Positions 25,395 to 34,680 are shown, counted from the first letter of the stretch. The stretch is 39,502 nt of DNA from Flavobacteriales bacterium (GCA_044343855.1 JBIJDX010000002.1:1-39502), one strand, 5' to 3'. Translations and numbers: made by a program. Notes: generated by a model not told the origin, from the letters alone.

Positions 25395-26330
25395 ATGATC
25401 ACCCGAACATACCTGCACCCGTACACGGCCATCCGGTATTCCTGGAAGAACATCCTGTTCAGTGCCTCCTGTGCCGGTCTTGCGTGGTTCTTCGCGGAAC
25501 ATCCCATCGGGTACAAGGTGGAGGTGCCGCTGCCGCTGGTGGCCATCCTGGGCACGGCACTGGCCATCATCCTCGGCTTCCGGAACGCTTCCGCCTACGA
25601 CCGGTGGTGGGAGGCGCGCAAGATCTGGGGGGGCGTGGTGAACGAGAGCCGCACCCTCACACGCCAGTTCCTAACGCTATCGGATCCCCGCACCGTTCCG
25701 CCGGGCCTGCGCGAGGCCATGCACACCCTGGTCCGCACCCAACTGGCCTGGATCAATGCGCTACGCCTGCAACTGCGGGGCATTACGGACGATGAGGCCT
25801 GGACCCGGAGCGTGGCCCGGCACCTCCACCAGGCCACCTATTCCATCATCATGCAGGGAAGCAACCGGGTGACCCAGCTGAGCATGACCCAGGGCCGCGG
25901 CCTTCGTTCCCTGCACAGCGACGGCATCATGGACAGCATACTCTTCGGCCAGGTGAGCGATACCCTGGGCCGCCTGACCGACCTGCAGGGCATGGCCGAG
26001 CGCATCCGCTCCACTCCCCTGCCCCGCCCCTACGACTACTATACCATGGCCTTCCTGAACCTCTTCATCCTTTTCCTGCCCTTCGGGACGATCAGCCATT
26101 TTGTGGCACAGGGCCTGGCCTGGCTGGTGCTGCCTGTCACCGTGGTGGTCGGCTGGACATTCTTCCAGATCTACATCCTCGGCAAGGTGCTGTCCGCACC
26201 CTTCGCCAACTGGCACACCGATGTGGCCTTGGATGCCATCTGCACCACCATCGAGATCGACCTGAAGGAGACCATCGGCGACCCGGATGTCCCGACCCCG
26301 CTCGTTCCCGAGAATGGGGTGTTGATGTGA
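25395..26330 (+). CDS. bestrophin/YneE (UPF0187) family anion channel
   Basis: Start at the internal ATG 25395; the track start at 25089 is TTG with an implausible leader. The family block is ILGFRNASAYDRWWEARKIWGGVVNESRTL, plus four TM helices. Confidence 0.85.
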   Translation: MITRTYLHPYTAIRYSWKNILFSASCAGLAWFFAEHPIGYKVEVPLPLVAILGTALAIILGFRNASAYDRWWEARKIWGGVVNESRTLTRQFLTLSDPRTVPPGLREAMHTLVRTQLAWINALRLQLRGITDDEAWTRSVARHLHQATYSIIMQGSNRVTQLSMTQGRGLRSLHSDGIMDSILFGQVSDTLGRLTDLQGMAERIRSTPLPRPYDYYTMAFLNLFILFLPFGTISHFVAQGLAWLVLPVTVVVGWTFFQIYILGKVLSAPFANWHTDVALDAICTTIEIDLKETIGDPDVPTPLVPENGVLM

Positions 26331-26353
26331 GGCAGGCACAGCGTTGCACGGGA

Positions 26354-26361
26354 TAGCTTTG
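26354..26361 (+). promoter_or_regulatory. candidate Bacteroidota sigma-A -7 box (TAGCTTTG)
   Basis: Exact TAnnTTTG match ending 5 nt before the recR ATG (26367). This would imply a leaderless or nearly leaderless recR mRNA. Confidence 0.4.
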
Positions 26362-26366
26362 CGCCC

Positions 26367-26972
26367 ATGAGCCTTTCGTCCGTTCTGCTGGAGAATGCCG
26401 TGGACCAGTTGGCCACCCTGCCCGGTGTGGGGCGCAGGTCCGCCATGCGCCTGGCACTGGACCTGTTGCGCCGCGACACGGCCGAAGTATTGCGCTTCAG
26501 CGAGGCCATCCGCAGGCTCCGGGAGGAGGTCCGGTACTGTGAGGAGTGCTGCAACATCAGCGATGAACGGCGATGCGCCATCTGCCGCGATGCGGGTCGG
26601 GACCGCAGCCTGATCTGCGTTGTGGAGGATATCCGCGACGTGATCGCCATCGAGAACACACGGCAGTTCAAGGGACTCTACCATGTGCTTGGCGGCCTCA
26701 TCGATCCGATGGAAGGCGTCGGACCGGACGACCTGCATACCAGTGAGCTGATCGCCCGCATCGAGCAGGGCGATGTGCGGGAAGTGCTGCTTGCCTTGGG
26801 GGGCAGCCTGGAGGGTGATACCACTGGCTTCTACCTCCATCGCCGCCTGGGCGAAGCCGCCGTGCTGGTCACCACCATCGCCCGCGGCATCAGCGTGGGC
26901 ACCGATCTGGACCAGGCCGATGAATTGACCTTGGGGCGAAGTATCGCGGACCGGAAACCATACAACGCATAA
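26367..26972 (+). CDS. recR: recombination protein RecR
   Basis: Helix-hairpin-helix N-terminus LPGVGRRSAMRLA, a C4 zinc finger CEECCNISDERRCAICRD, and a Toprim domain (ICVVEDIRDVIAIE). 201 aa. Confidence 0.97.
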   Translation: MSLSSVLLENAVDQLATLPGVGRRSAMRLALDLLRRDTAEVLRFSEAIRRLREEVRYCEECCNISDERRCAICRDAGRDRSLICVVEDIRDVIAIENTRQFKGLYHVLGGLIDPMEGVGPDDLHTSELIARIEQGDVREVLLALGGSLEGDTTGFYLHRRLGEAAVLVTTIARGISVGTDLDQADELTLGRSIADRKPYNA

Positions 26973-26994
26973 GCCTCAGCCAGAGCCAGGCACC

Positions 26995-29900
26995 TTGGGG
27001 GTCGCTTTCAACGTCCCACCTTATATTACCGACCCAAAGTCCGCACGCACTGTGTTCTTAGCCTTCCCTGCATTGCCCGGTGTCGGATCCAGCAACAGGA
27101 CATCCTTCCCTTTCCTGATCATAGCGCTGCTTGGGCTTTCCGGACCGCAATGGGCCGTTGCCCAATGTCAGTTGCTTACATCATCATCGCAGACCACCAT
27201 CACCTGTGGCTCCTGCGTTACGCTCTCGGCGTTCGGCAATGGCACCGGCAATGTGGCCTTCTCGGAGGACTTCAACAGCGGTGCACCGGTCGGGTGGCAA
27301 TTCACCCAAAGCGCACAGTTCAATAACCCCTGCGGGCCGGGCAACGGAACGCCGCACCTGTGGATGGGACAGGGCTCCATCAACCCGCGCACCATGGTCA
27401 CCAATCCTTTGGACCTCACACTGGGGGGGAACATCTGCTTCGACATGCGCTTCGCCATTCAAGGCGACGATTCGCCCTGTGAAGGTCCCGATGAACCACA
27501 GGAAGGCGTGTTCCTCGACTATTCCATCAACGGTGGTGCGAATTGGATCACCATCAACTACTTCGATCCGAACGGCGGCTATGACCCCCAACTCACCAAC
27601 TGGAATACCTGGTGTTTCGCCATCCCCGCAGGCGCCCAGACCCCCGCCACCCTGATCCGCTGGCACCAGAACGATGTGAGCGATGACATCAACGACCATT
27701 GGGGGATCGATGACATCGAGATCACCCTGAACGACCCCAACTACGGGATCACGTGGTTGCACGATGGTTATTCATACGGCCTTGGCAGTGGCGGCGGTGC
27801 CAACCCCACCCCGATCTGCCCGCTCACCACCACCACGTACACGGCCATCATCACGGACGGTACCAACACCTGCACCGATGAGGTCACCATCAACGTGGTG
27901 GACCCTGTCATCATTTTCGACATGGGCCCGGATGAGGACATCTGCCAGGGGGATTGTGTGACCTTGAACGCCAGTGCCTACCACCAGGTATCACCGGCGA
28001 GCACACCCACCTTCTCGAACAACCAGATCGACCTCGTGGTCGGTGGTAATGCCAGCGTGAACATCAATGTGCAGGGCTTGAACATGGCGGGGCTGATCGA
28101 CGGTTCCATCACGCAAGCGTGCATCAATGGTTTCAATTTCACGGGAAGCAGCATCTGTTTCAATTTCGGAGGATGTCCGTGCAATGGAGCTACCGTGCCC
28201 TTTGGTGGCACCTGCGACCTGAACCCGGGGAGTTTCACCCTCACGCTGAACGCACCCAATGGTTGTGGAAGCATCATCCTGGCCCCGCAGGGCATCGCAT
28301 CAGGGAACTACAACAACACCTGTTTCATACCCGTGGGTGGGTCGCTGCTCGCTCCCCCCTTCCCAGGCGTTGGGCCATATGCCCCGAACCAGCCCTTCTC
28401 CAACCTCAATGGATGCGACCCCAACGGGGTGTGGTCCGCCACGTTCAATGCCCCCGGTCTCGGCATCGGAGTGGGCCTTCTTAGTGGTTGGAGCATCTCC
28501 TTTGATGACCCCGAGATCGTAGGCCCCGTGATCTTCAGTTGGGACCCAACGACCAACATGACCGATGCGGACACCTTCACCCCCACCGTCTGCCCCACGG
28601 CCACCACCACCTACACCTTGAGCGCGACCAACCAGGTGGGTTGCAACGTGTTCAGTGAGCCCATCACCGTGAACGTGGAGAACTGCTGCGCCCTTTCCAT
28701 CACAGCCTCCGAAAGCACGCCGGCGAGTTGCGTGGCCGACGATGGCACGATCACCATCACCGGAATTGCGGATGAGGTGGGTACGGTAACCTATTCCCTC
28801 GATGGCGGTCCGGAGCAATTGAGCGCCACCTTCACCGGGCTCGCGCCGGGCATCTACACCGTTACCGTGAACGATGATGTGAACTGCCCTGTGAACGTGA
28901 ACGTGGAGGTGGAAGCCGCCGAAGGGCCCGAGATCGCGGACATCACTACGGGAGCACCATCCTGCGGAGCCGATGATGGTACCATCCTGATCGATGCCGT
29001 CGGGAACGGGCTTCAGTACAGCGTGGACGGTGGGCTCACCTTCCAAACCGACCCGCAATTCAACGACCTGGCAGCGGGGATCTATGACCTACAGGTCAGC
29101 GATGCCAACGGATGCATCAGCGATTCAAGCCTTGTGATCAGCGCCCCTGATGCGCCGGAGATCCAGAACGTGGTGGAGGAGGGAACCACCTGTGGCATTA
29201 ATAATGGGGCCATGATCATAACGGCCACCGGTAATGCACCGCTGAGCTACAGCATCGATGGTGGTGCCACGGTGCAGGCTTCCGCCACCTTCTCAGACCT
29301 GGCCGCCGGCACCTATATCATCACCGTCATCGACGCGGACGATTGCGAAGCCGCTATTGATGCGACCATCGATGGCTCCGCTCCACCCACGATAGACCAG
29401 GTCGATACCGTGGACCCGACCTGCGGGGTGGTTGATGGTTCCATTACGATAACGGCCACAGGCATTGGCTTGCAATACAGCCTCAATGGGGGCCTCAACT
29501 TCCAGGCCGGCAACACCTTCTCCAACCTGGGCAGCGGTTCCTATGATGTGGTCGTTCTTGACGCCTTCGGATGCACCGGCACACAGACCGTGGACCTGAA
29601 CGCCATCGATGGTCTGGCGATAGACGATGTGTCCACGGTGGCGGCCACCTGCGGCTTGGCGGATGGTTCCATCACTGTGCTGGCCACGGGAAGCGGCTTG
29701 AACTACAGCATCGATGGAGGCGTGACCCAGCAGGTGAGCGGCGTCTTCGCATCCTTGCCAACCGGCACCTACACGGTGACCGTTATCGACGACATCGGAT
29801 GCACCAGCACGGCCACCGCAACGGTGAACGAACTTGCCGGACCTTCCATCACGGATGTGGCCACCACCGACCCGGCTTGCGGGCAAAGCGACGGGGTGAT

Positions 29901-31287
29901 CGTTGTAACCGCTTCCGACCCTGCAGTGCAGTATAGTGTGAACAATGGCGCCACGTACCAAGCCTCGAACACCTTCAATGGCCTGCCTCCCGGCAACTAT
30001 CAAGTGCTCATCAGCCTGAACGGCTGCACCGATCAGGTAACCGTGGACCTTGCTTCCACCCCACCCCCTGCGATCAACACCATCACGCCTGCGCTCCCAC
30101 TTTGCGCGGGCGACAGTAATGGCGGTTTCTCCATTACAGCCACAGGTTCCGCCCCGCTCCAATACAGCATAGATGGTGGCACGAACTTCCAGGTAGAGAA
30201 CTCCTTCACGGGGCTGCCCACAGGCACATACAGCGTGGTCGTCACGGATCCGGCGGGGTGCTCCACCCAGCAGGACTTCGTGCTGAACCAGCCTGCCCCA
30301 CTGACATTGCAAATGAACGTGCAGGCCCCGAACTGTTCCGGTGATTGCACAGGCACGGCCACCGCACAGCCCTCCGGAGGTACGCCCGGCTTCAGTTATG
30401 CATGGTCACAAGGGTTGGCAGGCCCTGCCGAGGCCCAGGCCACCAACGTGTGTGCAGGAAGCTACCAGCTCACCATAACGGATGCAGTAGGCTGTATCGC
30501 ACAAGCCGACTTCACTTTGGAGGAACCTGTGCCCTTCGTGATCGAGAGTATTGCCGCCACGGCTGTATCATGCCCGGGACTTTGTGACGGCACCGTCGTG
30601 GTATCGGCACCAGGCGCCACGGCCTACTCCCTGAATGGAGGCCTGCCCCAGATCGGCCCGGTCTTCTCCAATGTGTGCCCCGGTGCGCAGCAGGTCACCG
30701 CGGCCAATTCGAGCGGTTGCTTTGCACAGGCCGACGTGAACGTGGCCCCGGGGCTTCCCGTGGTGGCCGGGTTCACGGCCACACCTGCCGCAGCGACCAC
30801 ACTGAACCCGCACTTCGAGCTCACGAACACTTCCGTGAATGGTGTGGAATACCTTTGGGACCTGGGTCCCTTGGGCACCAGCACGGATGTGGATATCGCC
30901 GTTTCACTGCCCGAAACGCCCGGTGAGACCACTGTTTGCCTCACCACCACCAACAGCCAGGGTTGCACGGACAGGTACTGCTCCGCCTTGATCGTGCTGC
31001 TGGATTTCGCCCTGTACGTTCCGAACGCATTCACCCCTGATGGGGATGGTGTCAACGATGAGTTCTTTGTGGTGGGCGACCCCATCCTGAACATGAACTT
31101 CGAACTCCTGATCTTCGATCGGTGGGGCGAGCTGATCCATTCCAGCAACGACCTTACGAAGCCTTGGGATGGGCGCTACGGGGGAACGGATTGCATGCAG
31201 GGGCAATATGTATGGCGGGTGTCGGTGAAGGACCCCTACACCGCTGAGGTACGTTCCTTCAAAGGCCATGTGAGCCTGTTCCGTTAG
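26995..31287 (+). CDS. giant T9SS-secreted cell-surface adhesin: N-terminal beta-sandwich domains, P-domain-like module, about 9 SprB-type repeats, type-B T9SS C-terminal sorting domain
   Basis: Single 1430-codon ORF with strong GC3 bias. There is no in-frame ATG before the signal peptide (FPFLIIALLGLSGPQWAVAQ), so the start must be TTG 26995, GTG 27052 or TTG 27073. The C-terminus YVPNAFTPDGDGVNDEFFV...LLIFDRWGELIH...WDGRY......QGQYVWRV is the gliding-motility-associated (type B) T9SS sorting domain (about 31012..31284). Confidence 0.85.
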   Translation: MGVAFNVPPYITDPKSARTVFLAFPALPGVGSSNRTSFPFLIIALLGLSGPQWAVAQCQLLTSSSQTTITCGSCVTLSAFGNGTGNVAFSEDFNSGAPVGWQFTQSAQFNNPCGPGNGTPHLWMGQGSINPRTMVTNPLDLTLGGNICFDMRFAIQGDDSPCEGPDEPQEGVFLDYSINGGANWITINYFDPNGGYDPQLTNWNTWCFAIPAGAQTPATLIRWHQNDVSDDINDHWGIDDIEITLNDPNYGITWLHDGYSYGLGSGGGANPTPICPLTTTTYTAIITDGTNTCTDEVTINVVDPVIIFDMGPDEDICQGDCVTLNASAYHQVSPASTPTFSNNQIDLVVGGNASVNINVQGLNMAGLIDGSITQACINGFNFTGSSICFNFGGCPCNGATVPFGGTCDLNPGSFTLTLNAPNGCGSIILAPQGIASGNYNNTCFIPVGGSLLAPPFPGVGPYAPNQPFSNLNGCDPNGVWSATFNAPGLGIGVGLLSGWSISFDDPEIVGPVIFSWDPTTNMTDADTFTPTVCPTATTTYTLSATNQVGCNVFSEPITVNVENCCALSITASESTPASCVADDGTITITGIADEVGTVTYSLDGGPEQLSATFTGLAPGIYTVTVNDDVNCPVNVNVEVEAAEGPEIADITTGAPSCGADDGTILIDAVGNGLQYSVDGGLTFQTDPQFNDLAAGIYDLQVSDANGCISDSSLVISAPDAPEIQNVVEEGTTCGINNGAMIITATGNAPLSYSIDGGATVQASATFSDLAAGTYIITVIDADDCEAAIDATIDGSAPPTIDQVDTVDPTCGVVDGSITITATGIGLQYSLNGGLNFQAGNTFSNLGSGSYDVVVLDAFGCTGTQTVDLNAIDGLAIDDVSTVAATCGLADGSITVLATGSGLNYSIDGGVTQQVSGVFASLPTGTYTVTVIDDIGCTSTATATVNELAGPSITDVATTDPACGQSDGVIVVTASDPAVQYSVNNGATYQASNTFNGLPPGNYQVLISLNGCTDQVTVDLASTPPPAINTITPALPLCAGDSNGGFSITATGSAPLQYSIDGGTNFQVENSFTGLPTGTYSVVVTDPAGCSTQQDFVLNQPAPLTLQMNVQAPNCSGDCTGTATAQPSGGTPGFSYAWSQGLAGPAEAQATNVCAGSYQLTITDAVGCIAQADFTLEEPVPFVIESIAATAVSCPGLCDGTVVVSAPGATAYSLNGGLPQIGPVFSNVCPGAQQVTAANSSGCFAQADVNVAPGLPVVAGFTATPAAATTLNPHFELTNTSVNGVEYLWDLGPLGTSTDVDIAVSLPETPGETTVCLTTTNSQGCTDRYCSALIVLLDFALYVPNAFTPDGDGVNDEFFVVGDPILNMNFELLIFDRWGELIHSSNDLTKPWDGRYGGTDCMQGQYVWRVSVKDPYTAEVRSFKGHVSLFR
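28690..30750 (+). repeat. tandem array of about 9 SprB-type repeats (roughly 75-80 aa each) inside the adhesin gene
   Basis: The module C-[GAV]-x-x-DG-[ST]-I-x-[IV]-x-A-x-G-x-x-L-x-YS-[IVL]-[DN]-GG-x-x-x-Q-x-x-x-x-F-x-x-L-x-x-G-x-Y-x-[IV]-x-V-x-D-x-x-x-C recurs. Examples are SCVADDGTITITG (Cys codon 28729), SCGADDGTILIDA (Cys codon 28963), TCGINNGAMIITA, TCGVVDGSITITA, TCGLADGSITVLA, ACGQSDGVIVVTA, LCAGDSNGGFSITA, and two more degenerate copies. The repeats have diverged at the DNA level. Confidence 0.7.
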
Positions 31288-31354
31288 ACTTGCAATGGCA
31301 TAAGCCGGCGGCCTGGAACGATCCGCCCCCTCTTCCACATCGTTCCATCGCCTC

Positions 31355-33265
31355 ATGAAACTGTCCGTCATCATCGTCAACTACAACGTCCGGGCCTATC
31401 TGGAACAGTGCCTGCGCACGGTGTTCACGGCGCTGGAAGGTCTGGAGGGTGAGGTGTTCGTGGTGGACAACCTCAGTACGGACGGCAGCGTGGAGATGGT
31501 GCGGGAGAAATTCCCGCAGGTGAAGCTGATCGCCAACCAGGAGAACGTGGGCTTTTCCCGGGCAAACAACCAGGCCATCCGCATCGCGAAGGGCGACCAT
31601 GTGCTGCTGCTGAACCCGGACACCGTGGTGGGCGAGGACGTGTTCCGCAAGGTGGTCGCCTTCATGGATGCCCACCCCAAGGTCGGCGGACTGGGTGTGA
31701 AGATGATCGATGGCACCGGCCATTTCCTGCCTGAGAGCAAGCGCGGACTTCCAACGCCCCAGGTCGCCTTCTTCAAGATCATCGGCCTCACACGCCTGTT
31801 CCCGAAAAGCAGCCTCTTTGGTCGGTACCACCTCGGTCACCTGCAGGAAAATACAGCCGCACGCATTGAGATACTGTCCGGGGCGTGCATGTTCCTGCGG
31901 AAGCGCACACTCGATGAGGTGGGGCTCCTGGATGAGAGCTTCTTCATGTATGGCGAGGACATCGACCTCAGCTACCGCATCACCCTTGGAGGCTACGAGA
32001 ACTGGTATTTCCCGGATGCACGCATCATCCACTACAAGGGTGAAAGCACCAAGAAGAGCAGTGTGAACTACGTCTTCGTGTTCTACAACGCGATGGCCAT
32101 CTTCGCCAAGAAGCACTTCACGGCGCGCAGTGCGGGCATCTTCCCGCTCCTCATCAACGGCAGCATCTACCTGAGCGCTGCAGCGGCGCTGGTGACGCGC
32201 TTCGTTGAACGCACCTTCCTGCTCCTGCTGGACCTTCTGCTTGTGCTCGGAACGCTCGCCCTGGCACCGGTGGTCCCGCAACGCTGGCCCGTTGTCCAGG
32301 AGGTTGGGATCGACCTGCTCATCGGTTGCCTGGTGGTGGGGTGGTCCTCATTGTTCGGTGGCTACGACCGACCGCTACGCCCGTTCGCACCCGCGTTGGC
32401 CATGCTCCTACCGGCCATGGTGCTCGCCGCCCTCGCTGCCGGCGGCGCCCTGGAACAGGAGGTTGCAGATGACCTGCTGATCATGGTGGGTGGCTGGACA
32501 CTGGCAGCCACGGCCTTGCGGGTCATCCTGTTCCAATTGCGCCTGAAGGGCATGGGGATCCGGCGCAAGGAGCGTGAACGGATCCTTGCGATGGGCACCC
32601 CACCCGAGGCCAAGCGGGCGTTGGCATTGCTCTGGCAGACCCACTTCGGATTGGAAAGGGCATTGTCAGTGGTGCCGGGCAAGCCCGATGCGGATGTGAC
32701 GGCACTGCGCAGCAGGCTTGTTCAGGAACGCATCGGCGAGTTGGTTTTCTGCGCAAAGGACCTCTCGTGGAGAACCATCATTGACCTCATGGAACGACTG
32801 CGCCGGCAGGGGACCGAATTCAAGATCGCACAACCCGACGGATCGTTCATCATCGGTCCCAGCAGCATCGAAAGCCTGCAGGACCTCTTCGTGCTGCCGG
32901 AATATTCCGTGAAAGACCCCGGCGTGCGACGCAACCGCAGGATCATGGACCTCGTTGTGAGCCTTGCAGTGATGCTCACCTATCCGGTGCTTGCCTGGCT
33001 GTTCATCGCACCCGCAAGGGCCTTGCGCAATGCGTGGGAAGTACTTTGGGGACGACGCACCTGGGTGGGGTACGCCCCCCCACCCCCTGCCGGGAGCCGC
33101 CTTCCCGCTCTTCCGAACGCCATACTCCCGCCCGTTCCCGTCGCGCAGGTGCCTCCACCGGGTGCGATGCGCGACCGGTTGAACATCCTGTATGCCAAGG
33201 ACCAGCATCCCTGGCAGGACCTTCGCATCGTGCTCCTCAATTGGCGTTCACTTGGCAACGGCTGA
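31355..33265 (+). CDS. fusion protein: GT2-family glycosyltransferase + WbaP-like multi-TM/Rossmann-like module + truncated sugar-transferase (phosphoglycosyl-transferase) remnant
   Basis: The N-terminal GT-A fold reads LSVIIVNYNVRAYLEQCL, VVDNLSTDGS, NVGFSRANN, LLLNPD and GACMFLRK..L.EVG.LDE.FFMYGEDIDLSYR. Four to five TM helices follow (about aa 245-400). Next is a segment resembling the soluble Rossmann-like domain of large PGTs (RILAMG...ELVFCAKDLSW..IIDLMERLRRQGTEFKIAQP). Then comes RRIMDLVVSLAVMLTYPVLAWLF (the KR..D + re-entrant helix of sugar transferases), joined directly to NAWEVLWGRRTWVGY and a tail LNILYAKDQHPWQDLRIVLL. Confidence 0.8.
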   Translation: MKLSVIIVNYNVRAYLEQCLRTVFTALEGLEGEVFVVDNLSTDGSVEMVREKFPQVKLIANQENVGFSRANNQAIRIAKGDHVLLLNPDTVVGEDVFRKVVAFMDAHPKVGGLGVKMIDGTGHFLPESKRGLPTPQVAFFKIIGLTRLFPKSSLFGRYHLGHLQENTAARIEILSGACMFLRKRTLDEVGLLDESFFMYGEDIDLSYRITLGGYENWYFPDARIIHYKGESTKKSSVNYVFVFYNAMAIFAKKHFTARSAGIFPLLINGSIYLSAAAALVTRFVERTFLLLLDLLLVLGTLALAPVVPQRWPVVQEVGIDLLIGCLVVGWSSLFGGYDRPLRPFAPALAMLLPAMVLAALAAGGALEQEVADDLLIMVGGWTLAATALRVILFQLRLKGMGIRRKERERILAMGTPPEAKRALALLWQTHFGLERALSVVPGKPDADVTALRSRLVQERIGELVFCAKDLSWRTIIDLMERLRRQGTEFKIAQPDGSFIIGPSSIESLQDLFVLPEYSVKDPGVRRNRRIMDLVVSLAVMLTYPVLAWLFIAPARALRNAWEVLWGRRTWVGYAPPPPAGSRLPALPNAILPPVPVAQVPPPGAMRDRLNILYAKDQHPWQDLRIVLLNWRSLGNG

Positions 33266-33290
33266 GGCCTTGAACCTCGGGGACCATCGT

Positions 33291-33298
33291 TACCTTTG
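33291..33298 (+). promoter_or_regulatory. candidate Bacteroidota sigma-A -7 box (TACCTTTG)
   Basis: Exact TAnnTTTG match 30 nt upstream of the E2 gene ATG (33328), in a 62-nt intergenic gap. Confidence 0.45.
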
Positions 33299-33327
33299 GC
33301 CGGTGCCCCAGCAGGCATGACGTGACC

Positions 33328-34680
33328 ATGTCCCAGATCGATATCCTGTTGCCCAAGATGGGCGAGAGCGTGGCTGAGGCCACCATCATCAAGTGGTTGA
33401 AGAACGAAGGTGACCGTGTGGAGGCCGATGAACCCATTGTGGAGATCGCCACGGACAAGGTGGACAGTGAGGTTCCCGCACCGGAGGCAGGCATCCTGCT
33501 CAAGCGCCTGGTGAATGAGGGTGATGTGGTGAAGGTGGGCCAACCCATCGCGCAGGTGGGCGCCGCCGCAGGAGCCTCGGCCGTAACACCGGCACAGGTG
33601 CCTGCCAGCGCACCGGCGACCGTCCCCAATGGTCACGCAGCCGCTGCAGGACCGGTGTCCTCCGAGGTTGGCGCATCCATGGGCAATGGCACCGTTGGAC
33701 GCGTCGGACCGAGCGGTAAATTCTATTCTCCCCTGGTGCGCAACATCGCCCAGAGCGAAGGGATCAGCCTGCAGGAACTGGAGTCCATTCCGGGAAGCGG
33801 ACAGGGCGGGCGGGTGACCAAGAAGGATGTGTTGGATTACCTGCCGAACCGAGGTGCCAGGGTCGATGTCGTTGCACCTGCAGTTGCCTCAGCTGCAACC
33901 CTGCCTGCAACGGCTCAAGCCCCCCCTGCAGCACCTGCCTCACCACCGCCCCCCGCACTGCAACCGGCCCCGGGAGATGAACTGATCGAAATGGACCGCA
34001 TGCGCAGGCTCATCGCCGACCACATGGTGATGAGCAAGCGCACCAGCCCCCACGTTACCAGCTTCGTGGAAGCGGATGTCACCAACCTGGTGCTCTGGCG
34101 GGAACGGGTGAAGAAGGCCTTCGAGCAGCGCGAGGGTGAGAAGATCACCTTCACACCCATCTTCATCATGGCCATTGTGCAGGCCATCAAGGAGATGCCG
34201 ATGATCAATGTGCAGGTGGACGGCCACACCATCATCAAGAAGCGTGACATCAATATCGGCATGGCCGCCGCATTGCCATCCGGGAACCTCATTGTCCCGG
34301 TCATCAGGAACGCGGACCAGCTGAACCTGGTTGGGCTGACCCGAAAGGTGAACGACCTCGCCAATCGGGCCCGTGCCGGCAAGCTGACACCGGATGAGAT
34401 CAGCGGCGGCACCTACACCATCACCAATGTGGGCACCTTCGGGAATGTGCTCGGCACACCGGTGATCAACCAGCCGCAGGTGGCCATCATGGCCACGGGG
34501 GCCATCCGCAAGAAACCGGCCGTGATCGAAACCCCCACGGGTGACATGATCGGCATCCGGCACCAGATGTTCCTGAGCCACAGCTATGACCACCGGGTGG
34601 TGGATGGGGCGCTGGGCGGGCGTTTCGTGCGCCGGGTGGCCGATATCCTGGAAGCATGGTCGGCCGATCAGGCCTACTGA
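33328..34680 (+). CDS. 2-oxoacid dehydrogenase complex E2 component (dihydrolipoamide acyltransferase)
   Basis: Lipoyl domain with the lipoyl-Lys (IVEIATDKVDSEVPAP). An Ala/Pro linker. A peripheral-subunit-binding domain (YSPLVRNIAQSEGISLQELESIPGSGQGGRVTKKDV). A catalytic domain with LSHSYDHRVVDGALGG. ATG 33328 is preferred over the GTG at 33322. Confidence 0.9.
   Translation: MSQIDILLPKMGESVAEATIIKWLKNEGDRVEADEPIVEIATDKVDSEVPAPEAGILLKRLVNEGDVVKVGQPIAQVGAAAGASAVTPAQVPASAPATVPNGHAAAAGPVSSEVGASMGNGTVGRVGPSGKFYSPLVRNIAQSEGISLQELESIPGSGQGGRVTKKDVLDYLPNRGARVDVVAPAVASAATLPATAQAPPAAPASPPPPALQPAPGDELIEMDRMRRLIADHMVMSKRTSPHVTSFVEADVTNLVLWRERVKKAFEQREGEKITFTPIFIMAIVQAIKEMPMINVQVDGHTIIKKRDINIGMAAALPSGNLIVPVIRNADQLNLVGLTRKVNDLANRARAGKLTPDEISGGTYTITNVGTFGNVLGTPVINQPQVAIMATGAIRKKPAVIETPTGDMIGIRHQMFLSHSYDHRVVDGALGGRFVRRVADILEAWSADQAY

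Noticed and set aside
28690-30750. Possibility that the periodic structure inside the adhesin is a CRISPR array, a DGR target or a mobile repeat.
   Set aside because: The period is about 225-235 nt and in-frame within one long ORF. The repeats are conserved at the protein level (SprB-type modules) but diverged at the DNA level. No reverse transcriptase, template repeat or cas genes are present in the window.
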